Assembly: GCA_963847705.1 (NCBI GenBank)
Contig: CAWKBC010000027.1
Location: forward strand, 832,001-896,000
Direction: 5' to 3'
DNA length: 64,000 nucleotides
Source of the DNA: an uncultured Pseudomonadota bacterium
GTDB lineage: Bacteria; Myxococcota_A; Polyangia; Fen-1088
Within the stretch, counting starts at the first letter, position 1. Every line of letters begins with the position of its first letter. The notes beneath the pieces were generated by a model. That model did not search any database and was not told where the DNA came from. It saw nothing but the letters and a program-made list of their open reading frames with translations. Positions 43,601 through 51,713 of this stretch are shown piece after piece. Both the position numbers and the translations under genes were made by a program.

Positions 43601-45933
43601 GCCTGGGGCCGCTCGGCGATCCCGACGGGGCGCTCTCCGCCTTCCGCGACGCGGTCGAACGCGACGCCTCGCACGAGGCTTCGCATGCGGCGCTGGTGTC
43701 GCTGCTCGATCGCCCCGAGACCCAGGAGGGGGCGCTCGACGTCCTCGAGCCGCTGGCGGAGACGCGCGGCGACTACCAGGAGCTGGTGGCGCTCTACGGC
43801 CGGCGGGTCGAGCTGCGCGACGATCGCAACGAGCGGGCGCACTGGTTGCGGCGGATCGCCGACGTGGCCGCCGATCAGCTGGGCCAGCCCGAGCTCGCGC
43901 TGGAGGCCCTCGGACGGGCGCTCAAAGAAGAGCCGGCCCCTGGCGGCGCGCTCGATGATCTGGAGCGGATCGCCGGCGCCGCCAAGCTCCCCGGTGCGGG
44001 CGCCGAAAAGATCGAAGAGGCGCTGGCCGGAGCGGAGCCCGACGCCGCGCTGGAGTTGGCCCTGCGCGCCGCCGCCCTTTACCAGGAGGCCGGCGACCGC
44101 CAGGCCGCCGAGCGGCTCTATCTCCGGGTCCTCGAGCACGACGCGGAGAACGCCGAGGCGCTTTCGGCGCTCGAGGGGCTTTACCGGGCGGGGGCGACGC
44201 CTGCCGAGCTGGCCGCGGTGCTGGAGCGACGGTCGGCGGCCGAGCTCGATCCCCAGGTCCGGAAGTCCCGGCTGCTCGAGGCGGCGCGGCTTCACGAGGG
44301 GCTGGGGAACCTCCCCGCCGCCGTGGCGGCGTTGCAGCAATTGCGCGCCGCCGACGACGAGGATCTCGACGCCCTCCAGGAGCTGGGACGGCTTCACGAG
44401 ACGCTCGGCCAGGCGCCCGAGCTCACCGCGGTGCTCGCCGAGCGCGCGCGGCTGACCGAGGATCCGCGTCAGCGGGCGGCGCTCTGGTCACGCGTCGGCG
44501 AGCTGCGGCTCACGCTGCTCTCCGACCTCGACGGCGCGGCGGAGGCTTATCGTGAGGCGCTCGACGGCGCGCCCGACGACGTGCTGGCCCTCTCCGCGCT
44601 GGAGTCGATCGAGGATCGCCGGGGTGACTGGTCGACGCTGCAGGAGGTCTTGCTGCGCCGCCTCGGCAACTCCAGCGGCGCCGATCAGGGCGCGGTCTTG
44701 CTGAAGCTGGCGCGCAACGCCGAGCAGAAGCTCTCCGACGTCGATCAGGCGGTGGGGTTCCTGCGCCAGCTGCTCGACGCCGATCCGGGCAATGGCTTCG
44801 GCTACCTCGAGCTCGAGCGGATCTTGCGCGCCGCCGAGCGCTGGTACGATCTCGTCGACGTGCTCGGCAAGCACGCCGACACCGAGGCGGCGGCCGGGCG
44901 CAAGCCGTCGGAGCTGGCGTTGCGGGTGGCGATCGCCAACGTCTGGGAGAAGGACCTCGATTCGCCGGAGAGCGCGGCCGAGGCGCTGGAGAAGGTGCTG
45001 GAGGTGGCGCCGGACAACGTCGCCGCGCTGCTCTCGCTGGCCCGGGTGCACGAACGGAACGAGCGCTGGGACGACGCCAGCGAGGTGCTGGAGCGGGCGG
45101 CGGCGAACGCGCACGAACCGTCCGAGGTGGCGGAGATTCACTTCCGCAACGCCACCATCCTTCGCAGCAAAGAGGCGGAGCCGGCCGAGATCGAGGCGGC
45201 GCTGCTGCGCGCGGTCGACGCCGACGCGGGCCACCGCCCGACCCTGGAGGCGCTGGAGAAGCTGGCGCGAGAGGCCAAGGACGACGAGCGGCTGGCGAAC
45301 ATCCTCGACCTCCAGTTGCACACCGCGGCGGACGACGCGGAGCGGGGCCGCCTGCTGCGGGAGATCGCGGGGCTCTACAGCGGTCCCCTGGCGCAGCCGA
45401 CGGCGGCGCTCCCCTATCTCGAGCGGCTGGTGGCGCTCGATCCGACGGAGATCCCGGGGCGCGAGCAGCTGGCCGAGGCGCTGCTGGCCGCGGGGCGCAC
45501 CGAGCAGGCCACCCGCATCATCGCCGAGGTGATCGCCGAGCTGACCAAGGCGCGGCGCGGAAAAGAGACCGCGCGCTGGCAGACCCGGCTGGGGACGATT
45601 GCGGAGGCGCGCGGCGACTCCGCGGCGGCGTCCGCCAGCTTCGACGCCGCCTACAAGCTCGACCCGAGCCATCCCGCCACGATCGCCGCGCTGGGGCGGC
45701 TGGCCTACCGGCGCAGCGACTTCGAGGCCGCCCGCAAGTTCTACCGCTCGCTGCTGCTGCAGAACTTCGACGACAAGACAGCCGGCGTCTCGAAGTCGGA
45801 GGTTTATTTGATGCTCGGCCGCATGCACCTGCTGGCCAACGAGCCCGCCAAGGCGCGCAACATGTTCGAGCGCGGCCTGGAGATCGATCCCAAGAACATC
45901 GACCTGAAGGCCGCCATCGGCGGCCTCCGTTAG
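34699..45933 (+). CDS. Giant TPR-repeat protein (~3740 aa), AgmK-like; apparent compensating frameshifts at ~37318 and ~38775-38796
   Basis: Continuous repeats such as 'A..ALERLY...RW..L..LL'; the 37382 frame supplies the TPR text between the frameshifts. Confidence 0.85.
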   Translation: MSTTVSTALAALQLRPDDAQALQALKTVHPGNGAGIEADALSKALADARRWHREHADFELCLELIDLELGFTTGDARRADLLHEKGRLLSDELLRDEAGQAAVQQALEAVPNHKASAESLAQMTLVRANWEPISRRYLQQAEQAKDPALASSLHGSVAEFYLKYRPAGPEGEAHLRRSLELDAGNRRSAAHLERILRETGRRDELLALYRQRAERAQTREERTAAEILAGELCEQLGRGPEAFAHFRKALDANPYEPRALQAVRAAMTASGAWTDLAKVLEAAARTKRGEQDVALLTELALLFGNQLKQQDMAEPFFRRVRKLDPSNREMVEFYRAYHTARNEMPQLLAVLAQAQKTESDLDRRIAMGIEMARAAEQRAQNADKAIEIWKGLLRLRPHLPEAVASLRKLYTATEKWNALLELLKDDLDAVPAGDVDEKINRHLEIVAVYRDRLNLDVMVVTTYLNILSLKPDHPAALAALAARYEAQGRYGDLVQILARQAEAAAEPAARVALHRRIASLWADKLGKHQNAVASFEKIFEADPTDAETGARLKDLYTKARAWRPLIELLRKELPHSNAAGRRARLSEMARIAGERLNDTREAIALYNQVLAIEARDEGALAGLATLYERERRWPALVEILERQRQNAEGNAAAELALLERRGTLLYERMAASEAAIDVFKRIQALDPKNARAARALREIYAQAGDYTALEALYAEQGAFGELCDQLTSLADRTADMAARTRLLERVAALSQEKLNQPERALKAYERILATDPRNRKAALALVPLYRAAQKWPRLLATYEVLLGPAAAGDGVGMAERLELFAEARRISEQRLGSKALAFQWCARAFEAAPQNPDVRTDLERLAGEADEWGALAAPLRDPLRRLDRRRGADLAPAPGAAHLRHPALQAAGHPPRRRADPGRGRLRRGGRRRARDRSHPGQGLARAGQAAARPRRSCARRGRADQAAAAHRADRRRAGGRSGRRRRHLGGDPRRRARQRAGPPRAGARLRGASGLERRRRGAARRSRQPRGTGAGRLEGGGQGARGAAAADREPAGDAAQRRRRDLRLVPRGGPGQPLFSAGHRRSRAAGGGRPSRAGGDRPHDVAALRADRERRQAGRRQRGAALGGRHAGRAGRSAGEVAGALRRAAQRSGQGLPGQPGAVRDRSLRGVEPGGAAGVRCRRRRHRRAQRQAAGRGRHHGRSQPAPRPAGGRRRARGEAAGTGAGGGEGLRADPRLRADARRRLPRARAPLQGGRALAGAAGAPRHPPAGSARRARAAGSAGADRRARRGLARRPGPRARGVREDAGARSVRPARPPRARTALRGPRALERSRGAAGDAGRLRLGERSAGAGVPPRRSARRHGSTTSPGALDLLEGIVEAAPSHEGARRLLEKLLAVPAQRQRVAQILAPVYEKSGAWARLAAILEVQREVLESTEAAALLARVADLQENKLQARAVALTTWRQVLAADPENPDALPEIERLATTLERFSELVDVYQELAFRRDASDISGRADLLSRAAKLYAGRLNNRRAAIDAWKLVLNLDQNNLPTAVPAAAALEALYAETNDVANLVKTLQLQARWADGAERKKLLFRTAGLEEKSLGDIEAAVATLRTILEADPQDGTAIDTLDRIFEAGANHRQRVEILRKRIGLSGDASARQELWRSVASLLEKDVGDVDEAIAACVSILDENPEDDQALETLARLYEQQGRHRDRLEIVERRLALRPPKDPQRLLLLKQLANLLGGPLGDPTGALERWREVLEAAPEDAEALVALEHFLAPGTDAGLRLAAAQVLEPIYEKGGRYAALAAIVRIYVEAEADVRARLGELVRLAALEETQLGDTEGALQTTALAIRDALTEPELPALLDAYERLAGPQRLAEVTTLYRDISPDVLDEALKLRLDRTIAAAAAGQGDAVTAADYYRRILDRVPDDDGTLAALDTIYRGNGDAQALYEILLRRAELAKEPAIEGALRVQIGELAETKLERLDDAISAYERVVEIVPADRMAGPALDRLYTKAERWSDLIRLLGELLQRGRRPEKELVDLRFRLAQIEHDRRGDREAALEHLKLVLSDTPDHAGAIAMLEGMLDDVGVQGAAATLLEPVYAGRGDWKSLIKIGEIRLLQVEDPAERLGWTKRIARLYEEQLEDFDSALRWYGKVFQEAPTERQATEPLLRLADKLDRWQDAASLLASYLDNELNEEPAVLDIVRRTAEIFDLRLGERPEAQKYYRRLFDARPDDRATTQLYEAALERWGAWAELRELIDEQAGRAPDPTARVALLRRSAKLDEEKLDDANRAVGTLREALEVDPTDRKAASELERLLSQAGRWSDLADHLNSSLDREPLGADKDAATLRLAEILANRIGDTTSAVDRYAEILSRPAAPRDTAAAVSALEGMAKDADQRTRVAVILEPVYRRSGDLNKLVGALDAQLESADDRAERVRILGEMAEIHQRLGRLDLAFDCRSRAWLADVESMETLAAMESLGLGAKLHAPLVVALQRGAVEAVDPDLQAQLWAASAKLLESPLGRAAEAIEAWRAALAARPDEREIFLALERLLAGAGRPGELVEILERHLEFAVDGDERKVIAKRIAVLYEDALKESERAVRAWETVLEIDPNEAEALESLAQLHLAAGAYRELAEVYARKIEITDRADERRMLFMQSARIYEENLSDPDRAIEQLRALLVETPGDGEALTDLDRILTAEGRQTELVEVLDARAAGVQDPAARDELAFRAARLVETELGDVEGAIGRYAKILARAPQHPGARDALYTIARGDDYRLSAVAVLEPIERAGKAWDGVIELLELRLAVEDAVPARLALLAEIARIEETERRDVQMAFAAWARALTEDATVDEPREALERLAAAHRDWARLADVYAERMDATFDAGLQRTLAMRLASLYENELSDLNRAADHLRKAQSLPGDEEPVLAALERILGKLGEHDELAQVLAREAELANEPSAQADFLAALGTLRLGPLGDPDGALSAFRDAVERDASHEASHAALVSLLDRPETQEGALDVLEPLAETRGDYQELVALYGRRVELRDDRNERAHWLRRIADVAADQLGQPELALEALGRALKEEPAPGGALDDLERIAGAAKLPGAGAEKIEEALAGAEPDAALELALRAAALYQEAGDRQAAERLYLRVLEHDAENAEALSALEGLYRAGATPAELAAVLERRSAAELDPQVRKSRLLEAARLHEGLGNLPAAVAALQQLRAADDEDLDALQELGRLHETLGQAPELTAVLAERARLTEDPRQRAALWSRVGELRLTLLSDLDGAAEAYREALDGAPDDVLALSALESIEDRRGDWSTLQEVLLRRLGNSSGADQGAVLLKLARNAEQKLSDVDQAVGFLRQLLDADPGNGFGYLELERILRAAERWYDLVDVLGKHADTEAAAGRKPSELALRVAIANVWEKDLDSPESAAEALEKVLEVAPDNVAALLSLARVHERNERWDDASEVLERAAANAHEPSEVAEIHFRNATILRSKEAEPAEIEAALLRAVDADAGHRPTLEALEKLAREAKDDERLANILDLQLHTAADDAERGRLLREIAGLYSGPLAQPTAALPYLERLVALDPTEIPGREQLAEALLAAGRTEQATRIIAEVIAELTKARRGKETARWQTRLGTIAEARGDSAAASASFDAAYKLDPSHPATIAALGRLAYRRSDFEAARKFYRSLLLQNFDDKTAGVSKSEVYLMLGRMHLLANEPAKARNMFERGLEIDPKNIDLKAAIGGLR

Positions 45934-45963
45934 GGGCCCTTCGCGCCGCCTCTGACGGCGCGG

Positions 45964-46011
45964 CCCAGACGGCGAGCCGTCACCCCAGACGGCGAGCCGT
46001 CGGGCGCAGGC
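45964..46011. repeat. Short direct repeat of a mini-hairpin (CCCAGACGGCGAGCCGTC x2) between convergent genes
   Basis: GACGGC-GA-GCCGTC palindrome duplicated; possible terminator. Confidence 0.5.
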
Positions 46012-46021
46012 CTTCCGACGG

Positions 46022-48622
46022 CTACCTGGCGCAGCGTTTCTGAGCGCGCTCCGCGGCGCGTGCCAGCAAGGGATCGCCGGCCGCCCTCAGCGACCGCAGG
46101 GCCGCGCTCCCCGCGACCGGATCGCACAGCGCTCCGAGCGCCTCGGCCGCCTCCGCGCGAAACGGGTGACGCCGGTCGCCCGCCAGCGTGACCGCCGCGT
46201 TCACGGCGTCGGGGCCGCCGAGGTGGGCCAGCGCGCGCAACACCGCGACCGCCACCCCCTCCAGCGCCAGGTCGGCCTCGGACTCGCCGACGATCACGCG
46301 CAGGGCCGCCGCCATTTCGGGCGCCGCACCCTGGTCGCCTGATTGAGCCAGCAGGCCCGCGGAGAGCGCGCGGAGCGAGGCGTTCTCGTCGTGCTGCTTC
46401 AGCGTATGAAGGAAGACGGCGCGCGCCCGTGGATCTCGGCAGCGCGCCAGGCCGAGGAGGGCGGCCCGACGAACCTCGTCGACGTCACGCTCGGTCGCCC
46501 GGATCATGAGATCGGTCCCGCCCGCCACGCAGAGGCGCCCGAGCGCCTGCAGCTCGGCGCGCCGCACGAACGGCCAGGGCTCCTGCTTGGCGCCCGTGAT
46601 GAGCGCGCTGCCCGCCGTGGTGTCTCCCTGCTTCTCCAGACCCAGCGCGGCGGTCTCCCGCACGCGGGGATCCTGATCGTCGAGCGCCGCGCGCAGGGCA
46701 GGCCGCGGATCGGCGACCGGGCCGGCGTTCTTCAAATCGCCGAGCTCTCGCGTGGCCAGGTAACGCAGGACGGAATCGTCGGCGACGGCCGCCGGGGAGG
46801 CGAGTGCCTCCAGGCTCGCGTTCCCCTGGGCCCCCAGGGTCCCCAACGCGACGACGGCGCGCGCCCGCAGCTCGAACGGGCGGTCGGCGCCCAGCGCACC
46901 GCGCAGAGCCGCGACCGCGTCGGGGCGGCGCTCCGGCGTCCGTTTGACCGCCTCGGGCAGGACGCGCACCAGGTCGGCGGCCCGCGCCGCCGACTTCTCG
47001 TCGTTCTTGTCGTCGTTCTTGTTTTGGTTTTTGGGCGCCGCCGCGAACGCCGCCAGCACCGCCTCGGCGCGCACCCGATGCGCGCCGCTGGCGGCCTGCA
47101 CGACCGCCGCCCGCAAGCCCGGCGGCCCGGTGCCGACCGCCGCCAGCAGCGCCGCCGCCGCACCGTCGTCGTCGAAGGCGGCGAGGATGCGCGCCGCGCG
47201 CGACCGATCCTCGACGGAGGCCGAAGCGGAGGCCAGCAGCGCCGACAACCCCGCGACCGGCGGCACGGCAGCCCGTCCGAGCGCCGTCGCGATGAGCCTC
47301 TCCTCTTTGTCGCTGGCGCCGATCACCGCCGCGGCCAGCGCCTCGACGACGATCGGGTTCTTCGGCGCCGGTGCCAGCGTCGTCAGCGCCTCCACCAGGC
47401 ACTCCCGCGAGGGGCCCCTGGCCGTCAGCACCGCTTGCGCCGTCGGCAGCACCGCCGCCTCACCGAGCGCCACCACCAGCGGCAGGCGCGCCGCGCAGTC
47501 GGGCGCGCTCGCCAGATCGCTCACCAGGCGGTTGGCGCCGTCGGGGCCGTCGGCGTCGGTGAAGATCGCCAGCTCTCCGATCGCCGTCGTTCCGTAGTTC
47601 TTGGGCGGCGCCGCTTCACTGCCGGGCGTGACCCCGGTGATCACCACCGTCAGGCAGGACGAGGTCACCGGTTTCGGCAACGGCACCCAGTAAGGATCGC
47701 GCCAGTGCGCGGCGTCGCCAGCCGGGTCCTCGGGCAGCTCGACGTCGAAGCGCTGTCCGGGCGCCGGCCCGAGCGCGACCTGCAGCCGGTTGACGCGATT
47801 CTTCGCCCGGAACGCCTGCAGGCTGGCGCCGTCGCCCGGCAGGATCCGCAGGCCCCGAACGGGGTAGCCGGTGGCGGCGGCGCGCGCGGTCAGGAACTCA
47901 CCGCGGCCGTCGCCGCCGAGCCCCTCCGCCCAGGAGGTGGCGGGATTGCCATCGTCGAGCTCCAGCGGTGCGGTCAGGCCGCGCGCGTCGCTGCCAGCGC
48001 CCCGGGTGGTCGAGGCGGCCACGAAATGGAAGTCGGCGACCGGACGCCCCGCCGGCATGGCCGGATCGCCGCGGTGCCCGATCAACGTCTCGCTTCCCGG
48101 CGGCGGCAGCGACGAGACGATGGGCCGGAAGCGCCCGGAGGCGAAGTCGTACGCGCGCGGAAACAGCCGGGGCGGGATTCCGTCGCAGCGGTCGACCCCG
48201 GCCGCCGTCTGATACTCGACGACGCGTCCGGGGGTCGCCTCGATCCAGAGGAATGATTCGCCGTCGGCGTCGCGCGCGCCCGTCATGCCCGACCAGACGA
48301 TCCGGGTGGACCGCAGGGGACGCCCCGCCACCTCGCCGATCCAGACCTCCTCGGCCGAGGTGCCGCGCACGGGGACGCGCAGCTCGACCAGATGATGCCC
48401 CTCGACGGTCACCTCGCGAAGCGCCGGCGTCCCGCGCCGCAACGCCGGCGTCTTGAGCGGGAGTCGCGTCACGAGGTCGTCACCGCTGCGGATCTCGAGC
48501 GCGCCGTCCGGCGTGGGGTTCAATCGCAATCCACCGGCGGCCGGCGCCGCCTCCGCTTGGGCCAGAGGCGCGGCCAGGAGAGCGTAGGAGGCCACCACCG
48601 CCAGCGCAGAGAAAACGCGCAT
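46022..48622 (-). CDS. Exported protein with discoidin/glycan-binding-like domain and HEAT repeats
   Basis: Signal peptide; 'DDGNPATSWAEG..GDGRGEFL...KNRV'; HEAT motifs 'LDDQDPRVRETAALGL', 'VRRAALLGL'. Confidence 0.75.
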   Translation of the reverse strand: MRVFSALAVVASYALLAAPLAQAEAAPAAGGLRLNPTPDGALEIRSGDDLVTRLPLKTPALRRGTPALREVTVEGHHLVELRVPVRGTSAEEVWIGEVAGRPLRSTRIVWSGMTGARDADGESFLWIEATPGRVVEYQTAAGVDRCDGIPPRLFPRAYDFASGRFRPIVSSLPPPGSETLIGHRGDPAMPAGRPVADFHFVAASTTRGAGSDARGLTAPLELDDGNPATSWAEGLGGDGRGEFLTARAAATGYPVRGLRILPGDGASLQAFRAKNRVNRLQVALGPAPGQRFDVELPEDPAGDAAHWRDPYWVPLPKPVTSSCLTVVITGVTPGSEAAPPKNYGTTAIGELAIFTDADGPDGANRLVSDLASAPDCAARLPLVVALGEAAVLPTAQAVLTARGPSRECLVEALTTLAPAPKNPIVVEALAAAVIGASDKEERLIATALGRAAVPPVAGLSALLASASASVEDRSRAARILAAFDDDGAAAALLAAVGTGPPGLRAAVVQAASGAHRVRAEAVLAAFAAAPKNQNKNDDKNDEKSAARAADLVRVLPEAVKRTPERRPDAVAALRGALGADRPFELRARAVVALGTLGAQGNASLEALASPAAVADDSVLRYLATRELGDLKNAGPVADPRPALRAALDDQDPRVRETAALGLEKQGDTTAGSALITGAKQEPWPFVRRAELQALGRLCVAGGTDLMIRATERDVDEVRRAALLGLARCRDPRARAVFLHTLKQHDENASLRALSAGLLAQSGDQGAAPEMAAALRVIVGESEADLALEGVAVAVLRALAHLGGPDAVNAAVTLAGDRRHPFRAEAAEALGALCDPVAGSAALRSLRAAGDPLLARAAERAQKRCAR

Positions 48623-48663
48623 GTCTCGGGATAGCACGACATCTGCGTTATATAGAAGCCCCC

Positions 48664-49632
48664 ATGAAGACCGCCCCCGGCGAAAAGGCCGGCAAAGACT
48701 CAACCGCAGACGGCGGCACCCCCAGGGTCGCCGGCACCGGCGTCGCCACTGTCGCCGGCACCGTCGCCATCCTCGGCCGGCCCAACGTCGGCAAGTCGAC
48801 GCTGCTCAACCGGATCGTCGGCGAGAAGCTGGCCATCGTCACCCCCAAGCCGCAGACCACCCGCAACCGGATCACCGGCGTCTTCAACAGCGCGCGCGGT
48901 CAGATTGTCTTCGTCGACACCCCCGGCGTCCACGGCGCCACCAAGCAGCTCAACCGCTTCATGCTCGGCGAGGCGCTGGGGATCATCCCCGACATCGACG
49001 CCGCGCTGCTGATCGTCGACGCGGGGACCGACCGCCCGGGCGACGCCGAGGAGAAGATCCTGCGCGCGCTGGCCGAGGCCCGGCGCCCGGTCATCCTCGG
49101 CATCAACAAGGTCGACACGGTGAAGAACAAGGAGGCGCTCCTGCCGCGCCTGGAACGCTGGAATCAGCAGCCGGGGCTGCGCGCGCTGGTCCCGATCTCG
49201 GCCAGCCGCGGAACCAACGTCGACCGGCTGGTGAACGAGCTCTGGGCGCTCTTGCCAGAAGGACCGCCTCTCTTCGAACCGGAGCATCTGACCGATCGCA
49301 CGGAGCGCTTTCTGGCGGCCGAGCTCATCCGCGAGCAGTTCTTCCTCGCGCTCCGCCAGGAGGTCCCGTACGCCATCGCCATCGTCATCGACGAGTGGAA
49401 CGAGCGGCCGGCCGACGTGGTCATCGCCGCCAGCATCGTGGTCGAGCGCGAAAGCCAGCGGGCGATCGTGCTCGGCAAAGGGGGGACGATGATCCGCGAC
49501 GTCGGGACCCGCGCCCGCGTCGCCATCAGCGAGCTCTTGCAGCGCCCCGCCCACATCAAGCTGACGGTCCGCATCGAGCCCGACTGGACCACCTCGCCCG
49601 AGGCGATGGCGGAGCTTGGATACCAGAAGTGA
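48664..49632 (+). CDS. era: GTPase Era
   Basis: 'GRPNVGKSTL', 'PQTTR', 'DTPG', 'NKVD', KH domain 'GKGG'. Confidence 0.96.
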   Translation: MKTAPGEKAGKDSTADGGTPRVAGTGVATVAGTVAILGRPNVGKSTLLNRIVGEKLAIVTPKPQTTRNRITGVFNSARGQIVFVDTPGVHGATKQLNRFMLGEALGIIPDIDAALLIVDAGTDRPGDAEEKILRALAEARRPVILGINKVDTVKNKEALLPRLERWNQQPGLRALVPISASRGTNVDRLVNELWALLPEGPPLFEPEHLTDRTERFLAAELIREQFFLALRQEVPYAIAIVIDEWNERPADVVIAASIVVERESQRAIVLGKGGTMIRDVGTRARVAISELLQRPAHIKLTVRIEPDWTTSPEAMAELGYQK

Positions 49633-51062
49633 GCGACGCCGATCTTCCGCTCGTCGCGCTGGTGGGGCGGCCCAACGTCGGCAAATCGTCGCTCTACAAC
49701 CGCCTGGTCGGCGGCCGCCCGGCGCTGGTCGAGGACATCCCCGGCGTGACGCGCGATCGCCGCTACGGCGTCGCCGACTGGGGCCCGAAGCATTTTCGCG
49801 TGGTCGACACCGGCGGCCTCGATCCCTCGGCGGTGGGGATCCTGGGGGCGATGCGGCAGCAGACCTTGCGTGCCCTCGATGAGGCGGATCTGGTCGTCTT
49901 CGTGGTCGACGCGCGCGAGGGGGTGACCGGCGTCGACAGCGACGTGGCCAAGGTGCTGCGCCAGTCGGGCCGCCCGGTGCTGGTGGCCGCCAACAAGGTC
50001 GACTCCGCGCGCGCCGAGGCGGCCGCCACCGAGGCGTTCGGGCTGGGCTTCCCCGACGTCTTCCCCATCTCGGCCAGTCATGGACGCGGCGTCAACGATC
50101 TGCTCGACATGGTCGTCGCCCGACTGCCCAAGACCGCACGGGTGCCGGGCAAGCCCTCCGAGCAGGCCGACGGCTCGTCGGAGTCGACGGAGACGCCGCT
50201 GCTCAAGCTGGCCTTCATTGGCAAGCCGAACGTCGGCAAGTCGTCGCTGGTGAACTGTCTGCTCGGCGAGGAGCGGGTGCTGGTCCACGATCAGCCCGGC
50301 ACCACGCGCGATCCCATCGACACGCCGTTCTCGTTCGGCGGGCGCGAGTACCTGCTGGTCGACACCGCCGGGATGCGGCGGCGACGCTCCATCGACACGC
50401 TGACCGAGCACGTGGCGGCCAAGATGGCGCGCGATCAGCTCGATCGCTGCGACGTCGCCGCGCTGGTGATCGACGCGCGCGAGGGGGCGACGGCCGAGGA
50501 CGCGCGCCTCGCCAGCCTGATCGAGGACTCCGGCCGCTGCGCGCTGGTGGTGCTCAACAAGAAGGATCTGGTGGGGCGCGCCGCCATCGACGCCAAGATC
50601 GAATCGACCCGCGAGCAGCTGGCCTTCCTGCGCTACGCGCCGGTCCTGCTCACCTCCGCGGTCACGCGCGCCGGCGTCACCGCCATCCTGACCGAGGCCG
50701 CCAAGGCCTTCGACCAGGCCTCACGCCGCATCTCCACCGGCGAGCTCAACAAGCTGCTGGAGCAGATCGTCGCCCAGCAGCCGCCGCCGTCGGGGCGGGG
50801 AGGGCGCCACGTGAAGCTCTACTACGTCACGCAGGCCTCCGCGCGGCCGCCCACCTTCTTCCTCAGCACCAACCACCCGCCCGAGGTGGGCTTTCCGTAC
50901 CGCCGGTTCCTGATCAAACGCCTGCGCGAGGCTTACGGCTTCGAGGGGACCCCCATCCGCCTGGTCCTGCGCGCGCACCGGCAAAAGAAGACGGCGCCGC
51001 CGGGCGCCGTGGCGGCCGCGGCTAGAAGACCCACCCGAAGCGCGCAGTCGCGGAGAAAGTGA
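49629..51062 (+). CDS. der: Ribosome biogenesis GTPase Der
   Basis: Two GTPase domains ('GRPNVGKSS...GVTRD...DTGG' and 'GKPNVGKSS...GTTRD...DTAG') plus 'PPTF'. Confidence 0.97.
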   Translation: MSDADLPLVALVGRPNVGKSSLYNRLVGGRPALVEDIPGVTRDRRYGVADWGPKHFRVVDTGGLDPSAVGILGAMRQQTLRALDEADLVVFVVDAREGVTGVDSDVAKVLRQSGRPVLVAANKVDSARAEAAATEAFGLGFPDVFPISASHGRGVNDLLDMVVARLPKTARVPGKPSEQADGSSESTETPLLKLAFIGKPNVGKSSLVNCLLGEERVLVHDQPGTTRDPIDTPFSFGGREYLLVDTAGMRRRRSIDTLTEHVAAKMARDQLDRCDVAALVIDAREGATAEDARLASLIEDSGRCALVVLNKKDLVGRAAIDAKIESTREQLAFLRYAPVLLTSAVTRAGVTAILTEAAKAFDQASRRISTGELNKLLEQIVAQQPPPSGRGGRHVKLYYVTQASARPPTFFLSTNHPPEVGFPYRRFLIKRLREAYGFEGTPIRLVLRAHRQKKTAPPGAVAAAARRPTRSAQSRRK

Positions 51063-51588
51063 ACGGCGAGTTTCCCAGCCCTTCCGGGTTCTGAAACAGA
51101 TCCTGCGGGCGATAGAGGTACTGGAAGCTGAGGCCCGCCCGCAGCTGCCGGGTCAGATAGTAGTCGCCGCCGAGACCCAGCTCTGAGGCGAACATCGTCA
51201 CCGGGGCCGCCAGGGGACCGCCGATCTCCGCGACGCCGAACTGGAGGGTGGCATACGGCACCAGGCGCAGGACGTCGATGGTGTACGTGACCCCCACCAG
51301 CGCCGCCTCCATGTGCTCGCTGCCGGCGGCGGTGCCGGCCTGCTTGTCCGCCGAGAGGGAGCGGGTCGACCCTTCGAGGGAACCGCGCAGGGCCCAGGCG
51401 TCGGTGAGCCCGTACTCGACGTCGGCGCCGCCGGCCACGCCCCAGGGGTCGCTCCCCACGTTCACCACCCCGATCCCGGCGCGCAGCGACAGCTGCCACT
51501 CGTTCGCCCCCGCGGCGCTGACCGGCGCCGCCCAAGACAGCAAGACCACCGAGACCCAGACCGCCACCAGGGCAACCGCCGGCTTCAC
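51022..51588 (-). CDS. Small outer-membrane beta-barrel protein
   Basis: Signal peptide, alternating strands, 'LVPY', C-terminal 'FGWVF'. Confidence 0.75.
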   Translation of the reverse strand: MKPAVALVAVWVSVVLLSWAAPVSAAGANEWQLSLRAGIGVVNVGSDPWGVAGGADVEYGLTDAWALRGSLEGSTRSLSADKQAGTAAGSEHMEAALVGVTYTIDVLRLVPYATLQFGVAEIGGPLAAPVTMFASELGLGGDYYLTRQLRAGLSFQYLYRPQDLFQNPEGLGNSPFTFSATARFGWVF

Positions 51589-51676
51589 GCCCGACGAATA
51601 TACATGCGATGTCGCAAAGTGGTCGGGCCTGGCTGGCTGCCGCCTGCGTCTCTCTTGCTTCCTTGGTCCGACCCAT

Positions 51677-51705
51677 TTGACCGGCCGAGGAGGCTCTGTT
51701 ATCTC
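51677..51705 (+). promoter_or_regulatory. Sigma70-type promoter of yfgM-like gene
   Basis: TTGACC-17 bp-TATCTC with TG extension, 8 nt before the GTG. Confidence 0.6.
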
Positions 51706-51713
51706 CCCCGGCA

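Noticed and set aside
48712-48735. ACCCCCAGGGT in the era N-terminal extension as another repeat copy
   Set aside because: Only a partial hairpin-2 resemblance, with no ATCGCG arm or G-run.
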